From assembly GCA_938034555.1 (NCBI GenBank), contig CALHLT010000019.1, positions 1 through 59,319 of the forward strand: a stretch of 59,319 nucleotides of DNA. Direction: 5' to 3'. The notes under the pieces were generated by a model that was not told the origin of the DNA, searched no databases, and saw only the letters and a list, made by a program, of their open reading frames with translations. This document shows positions 1 to 9,359 of the stretch, piece after piece (the stretch's first letter is position 1; every line of letters starts with the position of its first letter). This stretch comes from an uncultured Bacillota bacterium (GTDB taxonomy: Bacteria; Bacillota; Clostridia; Christensenellales; UBA1242). The translations under genes and the position numbers were made by a program.

Positions 1-16
1 TTTCACTTTGTTTCAT
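1..16 (-). CDS. 5' end of an unidentified minus-strand gene that runs off the window (MKQSE...)
   Basis: ATG at 16..14 preceded by SD AAGGAGGGA (complement of 22..30) with a 5-nt spacer. Only 5 codons are visible. Confidence 0.35.
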
Positions 17-148
17 AAAAATCCCTCCTTATCAAGACGTTATTAGAATATTATATCACCGCAAAAAATTTTTTAAACAAAAAGTGTGAAATTCATAAAT
101 AAAAACTTTTTATATTTCCTTTGAATAAACTGAGTTAGGAGAAAATCT

Positions 149-913
149 ATGGGAATTATTAATAAAGCACAATTAACATCAAAAATTCAAAATCCCGACG
201 GAAATAAAGTTGAAGTAACAACATCAAGTAACTCATGTTTAACAAACAAAATTGATGAAGACATTTCCCTTGTTAAAACGCCAGCAAAAGACTGGGCTCT
301 TCCAAAGGAAAAAGTTAAATTAACAACACAAATAACTAACAACACAAACGCCAACATAACCAATTTCACATTTAAAGAAACCCTTGGAAAAAGCGCAACT
401 TTTGTTCCTGGAACAGTTACAATTGGCGACGAGCCACATGCCGATTTCGATCCCACGTCTGGCTTTGTTTCAACCGCTGTCATCGGCGGTTTTGGCGCGT
501 TCACAGACATTAGTTATGAAATTGAAATTTCTCAATATCCCGAAGAAACCAAAGTTAAAACGCAATCTCAAATAACATTTACGCAAGACAACCAAGAATT
601 TAGTTTAACCTCAAATGAAAAGGAAATAACGATTTTGGAAAACGAAGTTTATATCTTAAAAGAATGCACCCCTTCCGCCGTTGTTTCTGGAAACGAAATG
701 ACCTATTCATTTTCAATAACAAACGACGGAACCCTTGAAAACACCGATGTTTTCTTCTCCGACCCGCTTCCTTCGGAAGTAACTTTTGTTGAAGGAAGCG
801 TCAAGATTGACGGAGCCCAAGAAGCAAGTTATAATCCAACCGACGGCTTTTCCCTCCCAAATATTGCAGCCGGAAGTTCTGTTAAAGTTGAATTTAAAGT
901 TAAAATTAATTAA
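149..913 (+). CDS. DUF11 / conserved-repeat-domain protein with two repeats and no signal peptide
   Basis: 254-aa ORF with SD GGAG upstream. It has two copies of the DUF11-type signature (KVKLTTQITNNTNANITNFTFKETLGKSATFVPGTVTIGD and EMTYSFSITNDGTLENTDVFFSDPLPSEVTFVEGSVKIDG). Confidence 0.7.
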   Translation: MGIINKAQLTSKIQNPDGNKVEVTTSSNSCLTNKIDEDISLVKTPAKDWALPKEKVKLTTQITNNTNANITNFTFKETLGKSATFVPGTVTIGDEPHADFDPTSGFVSTAVIGGFGAFTDISYEIEISQYPEETKVKTQSQITFTQDNQEFSLTSNEKEITILENEVYILKECTPSAVVSGNEMTYSFSITNDGTLENTDVFFSDPLPSEVTFVEGSVKIDGAQEASYNPTDGFSLPNIAAGSSVKVEFKVKIN

Positions 914-937
914 TTTTATCAAAACAAAATTTGTTTC

Positions 938-967
938 AAAAAGTTTAGTTCTATGCTAAACTTTTTT
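938..967 (+). terminator. Rho-independent terminator of the DUF11 gene
   Basis: AAAAGTTTAG / CTAAACTTTT stem with a 7-nt loop, followed by a T-run. Confidence 0.6.
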
Positions 968-987
968 TGAAATCAAAGGAAAAATCT

Positions 988-1170
988 ATGTTTTATAAAA
1001 CCTACAATTCCCCCGTTGGGAAAATATATTTAACAAGCGACGGCAAAAACTTAACCGCGCTTTTGTTTGAAACATCAAAAGAATTAATGAAGTATATTTC
1101 AAACAAAAAACAAAAAGATTTGCAAATTCAAATTGCCCCACGCAAACATTTCGTTTTAGCAATGAACTAA
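988..1170 (+). pseudogene. ogt: Truncated remnant of a methylated-DNA-protein-cysteine methyltransferase (Ogt/MGMT N-terminal part only)
   Basis: MFYKTYNSPVGKIYLTSDGKNLTALLFE matches the conserved N-terminus of Ogt/Ada-C proteins. The ORF stops after 60 aa, and the PCHR active-site domain is absent in all frames before the terminator at about 1173..1215. Confidence 0.55.
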
Positions 1171-1235
1171 ATAAAAACCCACAAGAATTATATTTTTCTT
1201 GTGAGTTTTATTTTTTATAGATGTTACAAAACTTT

Positions 1236-1757
1236 TTAGTTAAGAGGGCTATTGTTTTCCTCTTCAAAACGCTTTCTGTCAAAAATTGCACGCTCGCCGT
1301 AAACAAGAATTGGAACAAGATTTTTTGTTTGCAATTTAATGTAAACAACTTGGCTAATTTGCTCCTCGCTTTCGCACAACTTTCCAAAATCGTCTGTGTA
1401 TTCAAACTTCAAGTTATAAATTGTGTAGTTCGAAACTGTTCCATTGTTTCTTTCGGTCACTTCAGTTTCTGTTAAATCAATTATTTTGCCACTTTCTGCA
1501 TGTCCTTTGCGCGAAACAATAAACGATTTTCTTCCGTCAATAACCATTTTTATTCCGCTTGCAATAAAGCCAATTGCCGCAACAACCATGATGCCGCCAA
1601 TTATATACATAAAAATGTTCCCAAGGTTGTCATCTGGGGCCTGCGAACGTGCAGCGGTAACTAAAACAATAACTGCAATAATTATTGCAACCGCAGCAAT
1701 TGCAATTCTAACAAGCCCGCCAACCATAGTTCCGCGATTAAACTTTTTTCTTTCCAT
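1236..1757 (-). CDS. Membrane protein, DUF3592-like (two TM helices plus a beta-rich C-terminal domain)
   Basis: 173-aa ORF with SD AAAGGAGAG. Two hydrophobic helices are followed by a soluble domain. The family call is from memory only. Confidence 0.55.
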   Translation of the reverse strand: MERKKFNRGTMVGGLVRIAIAAVAIIIAVIVLVTAARSQAPDDNLGNIFMYIIGGIMVVAAIGFIASGIKMVIDGRKSFIVSRKGHAESGKIIDLTETEVTERNNGTVSNYTIYNLKFEYTDDFGKLCESEEQISQVVYIKLQTKNLVPILVYGERAIFDRKRFEEENNSPLN

Positions 1758-1796
1758 ATATTTCTCTCCTTTGAATGAACATTAGTTTTTCAATTT

Positions 1797-1884
1797 TGGC
1801 GGAAAGGGCGGGATTTGAACCCGCGGAGGCTTTCACCTCACCGGTTTTCGAGACCGGCACATTCGACCACTCTGACACCTTTCC
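1797..1884 (-). tRNA. tRNA-Ser (anticodon CGA), class II with a long variable arm and encoded CCA
   Basis: The reverse complement reads GGAAAGGTGTCAGAGTGGTCGAATGTGCCGGTCTCGAAAACCGGTGAGGTGAAAGCCTCCGCGGGTTCAAATCCCGCCCTTTCCGCCA. The acceptor stem is GGAAAGG/CCTTTCC and the anticodon loop is CTCGAAA. Confidence 0.93.
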
Positions 1885-1920
1885 AAACAAAAACAATTTT
1901 AACCTAAAAAAAGGTTAAAA
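1885..1920 (-). terminator. Hairpin/terminator downstream of the DUF1858-like gene
   Basis: TTTTAACC / GGTTAAAA stem followed by T-rich sequence on the minus strand. Confidence 0.4.
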
Positions 1921-2175
1921 TCAAGCGTTTTCGTCATTTAATTTTTTAAGCATAAAATCAAGCTCAATGTCGTGAACTTGGCATGCTTCTTCCAATGTTT
2001 CCATTTGGCTCATTGGGCAGCCAAAACAATGGAGTCCAAAACCTTCCAAAACATTTTTAAGTTCTGGCTTTGTTTGCAAAACTTCTCCAACTGTTGTGTC
2101 TTTCGTGAAGCGATTATCTCGCGTATCTCTAACTCTTTCGTGTTCGCCGCTGCAGCAGCATCCGCATTTTCCCAT
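1921..2175 (-). CDS. Small Cys-rich DUF1858 / hybrid-cluster-protein-associated redox disulfide domain protein
   Basis: ATG at 2175 behind SD AAAAGGAGAG. The ORF-track start at 2214 is a GTG with no SD. Motifs: MGKCGCCCSG N-terminus and GLHCFGCPMSQMETLEEAC. Confidence 0.65.
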   Translation of the reverse strand: MGKCGCCCSGEHERVRDTRDNRFTKDTTVGEVLQTKPELKNVLEGFGLHCFGCPMSQMETLEEACQVHDIELDFMLKKLNDENA

Positions 2176-2345
2176 AACCTGCTCTCCTTTTTTAAGCAGC
2201 AATAATTCTACCACTCTTTATTAAAAAAATAAAGCAAATTTAAACCATAATTTTTGAAACTTACAAAAGCATTGAGCTTTTTATTCTCAACATTGTTCCC
2301 TTTTTTTGAACAGATTTCAAAACAACAACCAAAAACAATTTCTAA

Positions 2346-3047
2346 TCATTCCAAATATTTAATAATTCCGCAAAGAATTGAATAGCAAACCTTTTCCTTA
2401 TAATCTTCTGAAAGAAGCAACTTTTCCTCCTCGAAATTGCTTAAAAAGCCGCATTCAACAATCACGGCAGGCGTTGAAGTGCAATTTAAAATATAGTAAT
2501 CCCCAACGGCTGGAACACTTTTTGCATTTGGCAAATCTTTTTTGAAACTGTTTTGAATTGCCGTTGCCAAACTCTTTGAAATCTCGCTTTCTGGGTTATA
2601 GTAAACTTGCGCTCCTCTAACACTTTTTTGCGGAAATGCGTTCATATGTATGCTAACAATTAAATCGGCATTGGCTTTTTCAATAATTTCCTTGCGCTTT
2701 TTCATATCGTCCTTTTTCTTGTTGGATGCAAGCGCGCTATATAACCCGTCGGTTGTGTTTCTTGTCATAACAACATCAATTCCATAACTTTCCAAATAGG
2801 ATTTAAGAGTTTTTGCATACTTTAAATTAAGTTCACGCTCGTTGCTTCCTTCCAAATTTCCTTCGCAACCTCCATCAATTCCGCCATGCCCCGCGTCAAC
2901 AACAATCCTAAGTTTTTTGTTTGGCGAAGAAGCAAAAGCACTTGGCAAGAAAGCAAAACAACAAAGAACAATTGCTAAAACAAGAAGCATAACAATTGCT
3001 TTCTTTTCAATAACAATAAATTTAAACCGCGAGAAAATGTTTTTCAT
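2346..3047 (-). CDS. cwlD: N-acetylmuramoyl-L-alanine amidase (Amidase_3), CwlD-like germination-specific type
   Basis: N-terminal TM helix, VVDAGHGGIDGG zinc-ligand motif, about 233 aa, in a sporulating genome. Confidence 0.7.
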   Translation of the reverse strand: MKNIFSRFKFIVIEKKAIVMLLVLAIVLCCFAFLPSAFASSPNKKLRIVVDAGHGGIDGGCEGNLEGSNERELNLKYAKTLKSYLESYGIDVVMTRNTTDGLYSALASNKKKDDMKKRKEIIEKANADLIVSIHMNAFPQKSVRGAQVYYNPESEISKSLATAIQNSFKKDLPNAKSVPAVGDYYILNCTSTPAVIVECGFLSNFEEEKLLLSEDYKEKVCYSILCGIIKYLE

Positions 3048-3077
3048 ACTCTATATATATTTTCATTTTGCAAAAAC

Positions 3078-3106
3078 TTGACAGCAAATTAAAGGAATGC
3101 TACCAT
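3078..3106 (+). promoter_or_regulatory. Putative sigmaA promoter of the NUDIX gene
   Basis: TTGACA (3078..3083), 17-nt spacer, TGcTACCAT (extended -10). Confidence 0.35.
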
Positions 3107-3127
3107 AATTAAAACAAGGGAGGAAAC

Positions 3128-3535
3128 ATGAGAGTAAGTTCAAGAGCAATCATAATTGAAAACGGAAAAATTTTAACAATGTTTCGAAGAGTTCTTAGAA
3201 ACGGAGTTATGAAGGAATACAACGCAATTCCGGGCGGAGGCCAAGAAAACGGCGAAACTTTGGAACAAAATGTAACGCGCGAACTTAAAGAAGAAATGAA
3301 TGTTGACATTGAAATTCTTGGCTATCTTGGAAAGACCGACGATAGCGAAAGACAAGAACACTACTTTGCTTGCGCAATTAAAAACGGAACTCCACATCTT
3401 GGCGGCGAAGAGCTTGAAAAACAATCCAGCGAAAACTACTACGAACCAATGTGGATTTCGCTCAACAATCCAAAAGGTTTAAGCGAAACAAGTTTAGCCT
3501 TTGCAAATAAAGCATTAAACAAAGAATATATTTAG
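3128..3535 (+). CDS. NUDIX hydrolase
   Basis: Nudix box GGGQENGETLEQNVTRELKEEMNV. SD GGGAGG. Confidence 0.85.
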   Translation: MRVSSRAIIIENGKILTMFRRVLRNGVMKEYNAIPGGGQENGETLEQNVTRELKEEMNVDIEILGYLGKTDDSERQEHYFACAIKNGTPHLGGEELEKQSSENYYEPMWISLNNPKGLSETSLAFANKALNKEYI

Positions 3536-3540
3536 GTAAT

Positions 3541-3589
3541 ACACAAAATATAGGGTGTTATGCAAGCATAGCACCCTTTTATATTGTGT
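3541..3589. terminator. Long bidirectional hairpin between the convergent NUDIX and glmM genes
   Basis: ACACAAAATATAGGGTGTTATGC / GCATAGCACCCTTTTATATTGTGT imperfect inverted repeat, flanked by A/T runs. Confidence 0.6.
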
Positions 3590-3595
3590 TTTTAT

Positions 3596-4891
3596 TTATA
3601 AAGACAAAATTTCTTTCTCAAGGGTTTTGCCAATTTCATTAATCAATTTCTCGTCTTCACCTTCAACAAGAATTCGAACAACGCTTTCCGTTCCGCTTGC
3701 CCTAACAAGAATTCTTCCGTTTTCTCCAAGCAAACTTTCGCAAAGTTCAATTTTGTTTTCGAGGTTTTTGCTTTCCATAACTTCGTTCTTATTTTTAACA
3801 CGAACAGCACTTTCAAAATGAGGAAAGAGTTTGAAAGGAACATTGAAATTTTTTGTTAAAGCAAAAATTGACATAAGTTGGGCGCAAGAAATAAGCCCGT
3901 CGCTGCTCTCACCTTTTTCAAGGAAAAGATAATGTCCGTTGTTTTCCCCTCCAAACAAACTTTTGGTTTCAAGAAGCCCGCAAATAACTTCATTTTCACC
4001 AATTCCAACAGTGTTGCACGCAATATTTTCTTTTTCAAGTTGAATTGAAAGCGCAATGTTGCTCATTTTTGTTGTAACTATGCTTTTGAAATTATTATAT
4101 TTTGCAAGAAGATAGATAATTTCTTCGCCTCTAAGTTCGTTCCCATTTCCCAAAACAACGCGAACTCGGTCGGCATCGCCGTCGAACGCAAATCCAAGGT
4201 CAAAGTTGCCGCTTTTAAGTTTATTTTTCAAATTTTCCAAGTGAATTGCGCCGCATGAATCGTTAATATTTGTTCCGTTTGGCTTTGAAGAAATAAATTG
4301 GCAACTGCACCCCGAAAAAATTTCCTTTGCAATTTCACTGCACGCCCCGTTTGCGCAATCGATGCAAACTTTAATGTTTTCCGCGCCATTTTTAAGTTCG
4401 TGGCGAACTGTTTTTATGTAATTTTCAACACTTTCTCTTTTTGTTATGATATTGCCAAGTTTATTATAAGGCTTAATTTTTCGTGTTTTATGCGCAAGCA
4501 GATTCTCAATTCGATTTTCCTGCTCTGTTGAAATTCGAAAACCATTTCCATTAAAAAATTTAAAGCCGTTGTCGGTTGAAGGGTTGTGGGATGCAGTAAT
4601 CATAATCGCGCCGCACGCTTTATGAAAAGGAATTGAAAAAGGAACAACCGCGGTTGGAACAACGCCAAGCAAAATGACATTTGTTCCCATTGCAGTTATT
4701 CCTGAAACAAGCGCGCTTTCAAGCGACGCCGAGGAAAGACGATTGTCTTTTCCAACAACAATAACATTTTCAGCATTTTCACGATTGAAAGCCTGGGCTG
4801 CTGCTCTCCCAATTTCATAGGCAAGTTTTGGAGTTATTTCTTTCCCAAACTTCCCTCTGATTCCGTCTGTGCCAAAGTATTTTTTAAGCAA
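3596..4891 (-). CDS. glmM: Phosphoglucosamine mutase
   Basis: MLKKYFGTDGIRG N-terminus and active-site TASHNPSTDNGFKFF. Confidence 0.93.
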   Translation of the reverse strand: MLKKYFGTDGIRGKFGKEITPKLAYEIGRAAAQAFNRENAENVIVVGKDNRLSSASLESALVSGITAMGTNVILLGVVPTAVVPFSIPFHKACGAIMITASHNPSTDNGFKFFNGNGFRISTEQENRIENLLAHKTRKIKPYNKLGNIITKRESVENYIKTVRHELKNGAENIKVCIDCANGACSEIAKEIFSGCSCQFISSKPNGTNINDSCGAIHLENLKNKLKSGNFDLGFAFDGDADRVRVVLGNGNELRGEEIIYLLAKYNNFKSIVTTKMSNIALSIQLEKENIACNTVGIGENEVICGLLETKSLFGGENNGHYLFLEKGESSDGLISCAQLMSIFALTKNFNVPFKLFPHFESAVRVKNKNEVMESKNLENKIELCESLLGENGRILVRASGTESVVRILVEGEDEKLINEIGKTLEKEILSL

Positions 4892-4900
4892 AATACGCTC

Positions 4901-5824
4901 CTAAAAATTCCTCGATATATACTCATTTGTGTTAACAGAGGCAATTGCGCCGTCGCTGCATGCGGTTATGATTTGTCGAAGTTGTTTTTGACGAACATCT
5001 CCCGCCGCATAAACTCCTGGAATGTTTGTTTCCATTTTTTCATTCGTTATGATATAGCCATTTTTATCAAGTTCAACACCTTCAAGAAGTTCGGTGTCTG
5101 GCTTCCTTCCAATTGCGATGAAAAGACCATCAAGCGCAAGTTCTTCGCTTTGCTTTGTTGCGCAATTTTCAATTGTTATTGATTCAAGTTTGTCCGTCCC
5201 TGAAATTTTCGTAACATGGCTGTTATAAAGAACTTTAATTTTGCTGTTTGGCTTTGAAGTTTCGGCTTGAAGTTGTTCAACTAAAATTCTGTCGCCTTTA
5301 AACTCGTCGCGGCGATGAATTAAATACACTTTTTTTGCAAGGTTGGAAAGGTAGATTGAATCTTCAAGCGATGTGTTTCCTCCTCCAACAATTGCAACAA
5401 CCTTATCCTTAAAGAAGTTTCCGTCGCAAGTTGCACAATAACTAACGCCCCTTCCCAAAAACTTTTTCTCGTTTTCAAGGTTAAGTTGTTTTGCCGAAGC
5501 TCCTAAACATAATATGATAACTTTCCCTTCAAATGTTCCTTCATGGGTTCGAATTTTCTTAACTTTTCCCTCAAGAGAAAATTCCAAAACATCGCTAAAA
5601 ACAAACTGAGTTCCAAGCGACTGCGCATGTTCAAACATCATTGTTGCAAGGGTCATTCCGTCTGTTTTCTTAATTCCCGGATAGTTTTCAACAGTGTTTG
5701 TTAAGGCAATTTGCCCGCCAGGAACCATGCGTTCAACAACAAGGACGCTTTTTCCCGCTCTTCTTGAATAGATTGCCGCTGTTAAAGCCGCTGGCCCGCC
5801 TCCAACAATTAAAACATCAAACAT
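4901..5824 (-). CDS. trxB: Thioredoxin-disulfide reductase
   Basis: GGGPAA FAD motif, redox-active CATCDG, GGGNTS NADPH motif, 307 aa. Confidence 0.92.
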   Translation of the reverse strand: MFDVLIVGGGPAALTAAIYSRRAGKSVLVVERMVPGGQIALTNTVENYPGIKKTDGMTLATMMFEHAQSLGTQFVFSDVLEFSLEGKVKKIRTHEGTFEGKVIILCLGASAKQLNLENEKKFLGRGVSYCATCDGNFFKDKVVAIVGGGNTSLEDSIYLSNLAKKVYLIHRRDEFKGDRILVEQLQAETSKPNSKIKVLYNSHVTKISGTDKLESITIENCATKQSEELALDGLFIAIGRKPDTELLEGVELDKNGYIITNEKMETNIPGVYAAGDVRQKQLRQIITACSDGAIASVNTNEYISRNF

Positions 5825-6755
5825 TTTTCTTTTCCCCCTTTTCTTTTTTAAGTCTTAAATCCTCGCCCGAAAGTTTAACAGCAACTCCGTCGCGTTTACA
5901 TAAAATTCTTGAAAAAATTCGTTCGCCATATCGGTTCAAAAGTTCTTCCGAATCTAAATTTGAATTTATTATTGTCGATTTTCCAGCAATCATTCTTTCA
6001 TTTAAAACAAGATATAAGTAGTTTAAAGTTATGTTATTTAAAATTGGCTCTGTTCCAAGGTCGTCAATAATAAGAACATCACTTTCCAAAAGCGGCTGAA
6101 GAATTTCGTCTTTTTCCTCGTCTTTTGCTTTGAAATATGCAATGAAAATGTTGTTCAAATTAAACGCCGTTGTGAAATATGCGTAAACCCCTTTTTCAAT
6201 TAAAGCATTAACAACGCACGCAGCCAAAAATGTTTTTCCAATTCCTGTTTGCCCCGAAAGAAAAACAGTTTTTTTGGTTACATTTGGGAATTTTTCGCAC
6301 CACTGTTTAAGGAAATTTGCCGCCAAATCAAACTCTTTCGAAACAGATTTTGCAGTTTCAAATTTTTCGTTTAAACGATTTGCAATTCCCGAGTTTTCAA
6401 TTAAAAGTTTTGTTTTAATTTCTTTTTTACATTTACAATTATCTTTTCCCGTGTCGTTGCAAAGTTTGCATGTGAACGAAGGAATAAGGTCTTTTTCGCT
6501 TAATCCAAGTTTTTTTAAAACCGCTTCCTTTCTCTTTGAAATTTCAAGGAGTTTTTTCTTTGCTTTTTCCGCTTCTTTTTCGTTTTCGTCGGCAAGGAAG
6601 GTTGCAAGCTTGATTTTTGCCTCGGCTTCTTCTTTTTCAATTTCGCAAAATTCGCTGTTTTTTCTTGCTTTTGCAAGATTATTATTACAAGAAGAAAGAG
6701 CAAACTCTCTTCGCTCTCTTAAAACATTTTCAACTTGCTTGCAAATTTTATTCAT
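5817..6755 (-). CDS. dnaI: DnaI/DnaC-family helicase loader (AAA+)
   Basis: Cys-rich N-terminal zinc module (CKLCNDTGKDNCKC), Walker A GQTGIGKT, Walker B LIIDDLG. It overlaps the trxB start by 8 nt and follows the DnaD-like gene. Confidence 0.75.
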   Translation of the reverse strand: MNKICKQVENVLRERREFALSSCNNNLAKARKNSEFCEIEKEEAEAKIKLATFLADENEKEAEKAKKKLLEISKRKEAVLKKLGLSEKDLIPSFTCKLCNDTGKDNCKCKKEIKTKLLIENSGIANRLNEKFETAKSVSKEFDLAANFLKQWCEKFPNVTKKTVFLSGQTGIGKTFLAACVVNALIEKGVYAYFTTAFNLNNIFIAYFKAKDEEKDEILQPLLESDVLIIDDLGTEPILNNITLNYLYLVLNERMIAGKSTIINSNLDSEELLNRYGERIFSRILCKRDGVAVKLSGEDLRLKKEKGEKKNV

Positions 6756-6764
6756 ATTCTTTCC

Positions 6765-8210
6765 CTAAACTTCAATTTCTTCAAGGCTGTCGAAAAGCGC
6801 ATCTAACTGCTCTTTTGAGTATGCTCTTGCTTTTGGTTTTTCGATTGATTTTTCTTTAACGAAAAATTGACCTTGTTCTTTTGCTTTTTCAAGAGTTTTA
6901 ACGCCTTGCTCGTTCCAGTTTGCCAAAACTCCGTTGATATATTTCATTGGTTGCGCCTTGCCCGCTGCATGGGAAGCCGCCTCCTTAATAACTTCAACTG
7001 GGAATTTCCAGTTTTCTTTCCAGTTTCGATAGAAATCGCGATCGAACGAATTAACCTGCCTTTCCGCGCCGCAAAGCGAAAGAATTTCCTTAATTTCTTC
7101 ATCTTGCGAAAGAATTCCTGCAAAATAGTTTTGAAGGCTTGAAACAGTTAAAAGCCCAAGTTTATAGAACTTTTGCATAACTCTGTCCATTCCTTGAAAT
7201 TGACGAATCGAGCAAGAGAAACAGTATGATGCAATTTTCAAAACTGCGCTTTCGTCAAACCCCATTTGAACCCATTTTGAAATATATGTTTCAACAATTT
7301 TATCGTAGTTCTCATAATATAAGCCAAGTTCCTTTGCAACTTTTTTTGCAAGGGCGAACATCAAAGTTTTGTTCTTTTCATATTCTTCAATTTCTGGAAT
7401 TGAGAAAATTTTCATCTCATAATAAGACATTAAAATTTCGTCAAGCTTAACAAACGAAAATTTAACTGTTGGTTTTTTATTAAGTTTAATTGCTTGGCGA
7501 ATTGAGCCAAGTTCAAATCCAAGCTCTTCCGTCCATTTAAGAAAGAGTTCTTTTTCTTCAATTGTTGGAATCTTTCGAGTTCCAATGTCTTTCATAACTT
7601 GTTTCAAATCTTCGCTTATGTTTTGATAGGAAATAAGTCTGTTTTCAACTTCGGCAACTGTGTTAATTCCGTCGTATGCCCAGTTTTTTGCAACCGTAAT
7701 AATGTATGGATAGCCAACATTTTCGCCTTTAGTGTTAACGCAATATTTCATTATCATAAGAAGCGCTTCTGGCTCGATGTGGAAGGTTTCAATTGTGTCG
7801 AAATAAACACCAAATTCGCTTGGCGAAATCATTCGTCCTTCAATAATTTCTTGCGCTTTTTGCGCGAAATTTCCATATTTATCAACGTTATATTTTTTCG
7901 TGTTTGTTAGAACATTTTTAAGAGGCATATAGCGAATTTCAACTGGGTCGTCACTTAAAATTTGAACAAGCCCTTCGTTTTGCCAAAACTCAAAAATTTC
8001 CATGATTTCATCTTCATCAATCTTCAAAACTTTTGAAAATCTTTCAAGCGAATTATCGCTTGAAGAAGGGCTTGAACACTTAAAAAGGCCGTATAAATAG
8101 ACCTTAACGGCGTTGTCTGGCGCATATGGCAAAAATTCGCTGATAAAAATGTTATCAACTTCGGTTTTGTTATTGATTATGCTTTGCGACGAAAACTTAC
8201 AAAAACTCAT
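6765..8210 (-). CDS. DnaD-domain replication initiation/membrane attachment protein (Firmicute DnaB/DnaD family)
   Basis: Position upstream of dnaI, size and DnaD-like repeats. The start is moved to ATG 8210 (SD AGAAGGGA); the ORF-track start at 8231 is a TTG. Confidence 0.65.
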   Translation of the reverse strand: MSFCKFSSQSIINNKTEVDNIFISEFLPYAPDNAVKVYLYGLFKCSSPSSSDNSLERFSKVLKIDEDEIMEIFEFWQNEGLVQILSDDPVEIRYMPLKNVLTNTKKYNVDKYGNFAQKAQEIIEGRMISPSEFGVYFDTIETFHIEPEALLMIMKYCVNTKGENVGYPYIITVAKNWAYDGINTVAEVENRLISYQNISEDLKQVMKDIGTRKIPTIEEKELFLKWTEELGFELGSIRQAIKLNKKPTVKFSFVKLDEILMSYYEMKIFSIPEIEEYEKNKTLMFALAKKVAKELGLYYENYDKIVETYISKWVQMGFDESAVLKIASYCFSCSIRQFQGMDRVMQKFYKLGLLTVSSLQNYFAGILSQDEEIKEILSLCGAERQVNSFDRDFYRNWKENWKFPVEVIKEAASHAAGKAQPMKYINGVLANWNEQGVKTLEKAKEQGQFFVKEKSIEKPKARAYSKEQLDALFDSLEEIEV

Positions 8211-8280
8211 TTTTTCCCTTCTTTTGTTCAATCAAATTTTATTCTAACACATAAAAATTTTCCGCGCAATTATTTTAAAC

Positions 8281-8305
8281 AAAAAAAGCGGCAATTTTTT
8301 GCCAC
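8281..8305 (-). terminator. Rho-independent terminator after rimM
   Basis: On the minus strand, GTGGCA aaaaaa TTGCCGC followed by TTTTTTT. Confidence 0.6.
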
Positions 8306-8315
8306 TTTATTTTTT

Positions 8316-8801
8316 TTAATAGTTAATTTTAAGATTGTCGTATTCTTCCAAACAAACAACAACCTTCCCTCTTTCAACTTCTTTAAAAATTGAATTTAAA
8401 AACGGAACGGAAAAAAGCAAATTTCGCTCGCGAATTATAATAACATCTGCCGCGCCATACTGCTCGATATCCTCAATTTTTCCAATCTCGTTTCCGTCTT
8501 CGGAAACAACTTTTGAACCAATAAGGTCGTTGAAATAGAACTCATTTTCCTTAAGATTTTCAAGTTCTTCTTCGCGCGCATAACAAGTTTTTCCCCTAAG
8601 AAGTTCGGCGTCATTTCTTGTTGAGATGCCTTTAAGCTTAACATAAAGAGCATCTCGGCACGAAAGAGTTTCAACCTCGAAATTCTTTCCGTCAACAATA
8701 ACTGTTGAAAGATTTTGATAGGTTTGAGGTTCGCGCTCCGAAATTATCTTAACTTCTCCTTTAATTCCCTGAGGCTTAACAATTTTTCCAATTTCAATCA
8801 T
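8316..8801 (-). CDS. rimM: 16S rRNA processing protein RimM
   Basis: IGKIVKPQGIKGEVKI N-terminus, PRC barrel C-terminus, position after rpsP and the KH gene. Confidence 0.9.
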   Translation of the reverse strand: MIEIGKIVKPQGIKGEVKIISEREPQTYQNLSTVIVDGKNFEVETLSCRDALYVKLKGISTRNDAELLRGKTCYAREEELENLKENEFYFNDLIGSKVVSEDGNEIGKIEDIEQYGAADVIIIRERNLLFSVPFLNSIFKEVERGKVVVCLEEYDNLKINY

Positions 8802-9034
8802 GCTTTCTCTTCAATTTTAACAATAAATTTTTTGTGTTGCCTGTTTGAAAGCGATTTAACAATTGTTCGAATGCTTGTTGCAATTTTTCCATTTCTGCCA
8901 ATAACTTTTCCCATGTCGGAAGCAGCAACAGAAATTTTAATAACTTCTGCCCCGCGGCCGCTTTCGGTTTCAATTTCAACTTCGTCTGGATAGTCGCAAA
9001 GAGCTTTGACAATATATTCAACAATGTCTTTCAT
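8798..9034 (-). CDS. KH-domain RNA-binding protein (YlqC family)
   Basis: 78 aa with the GKVIGRNGKIATSIRT KH motif, between rpsP and rimM. Confidence 0.88.
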   Translation of the reverse strand: MKDIVEYIVKALCDYPDEVEIETESGRGAEVIKISVAASDMGKVIGRNGKIATSIRTIVKSLSNRQHKKFIVKIEEKA

Positions 9035-9060
9035 TTTGTTCGTCTCCTTTTCGCGACTAA

Positions 9061-9309
9061 TTATTTTTCAATTACGCCAGATTTAACAAGCAATGCTTTT
9101 GCTGTGTCTGTTGGTTTTGCGCCGTTTGAAATCCATTTTTTTGCTTTTTCAGCATCAATTTTGATTTCAGCAGGATCAACAAGTGGATTGTATGTTCCAA
9201 GAATGTCGATAAAACGTCCGTCACGTGGTGAACGAGAGTCCGCAACAATAACACGATAGAAAGGTGATTTCTTATCTCCCAATCTTGTTAAACGAATTTT
9301 AACTGCCAT
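9061..9309 (-). CDS. rpsP: 30S ribosomal protein S16
   Basis: [34 protein letters not shown]. Confidence 0.96.
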   Translation of the reverse strand: MAVKIRLTRLGDKKSPFYRVIVADSRSPRDGRFIDILGTYNPLVDPAEIKIDAEKAKKWISNGAKPTDTAKALLVKSGVIEK

Positions 9310-9359
9310 ATTTTCCTCCTATTTTTTTCTTATATATTAAATTCTTTCGAATGTTAATA

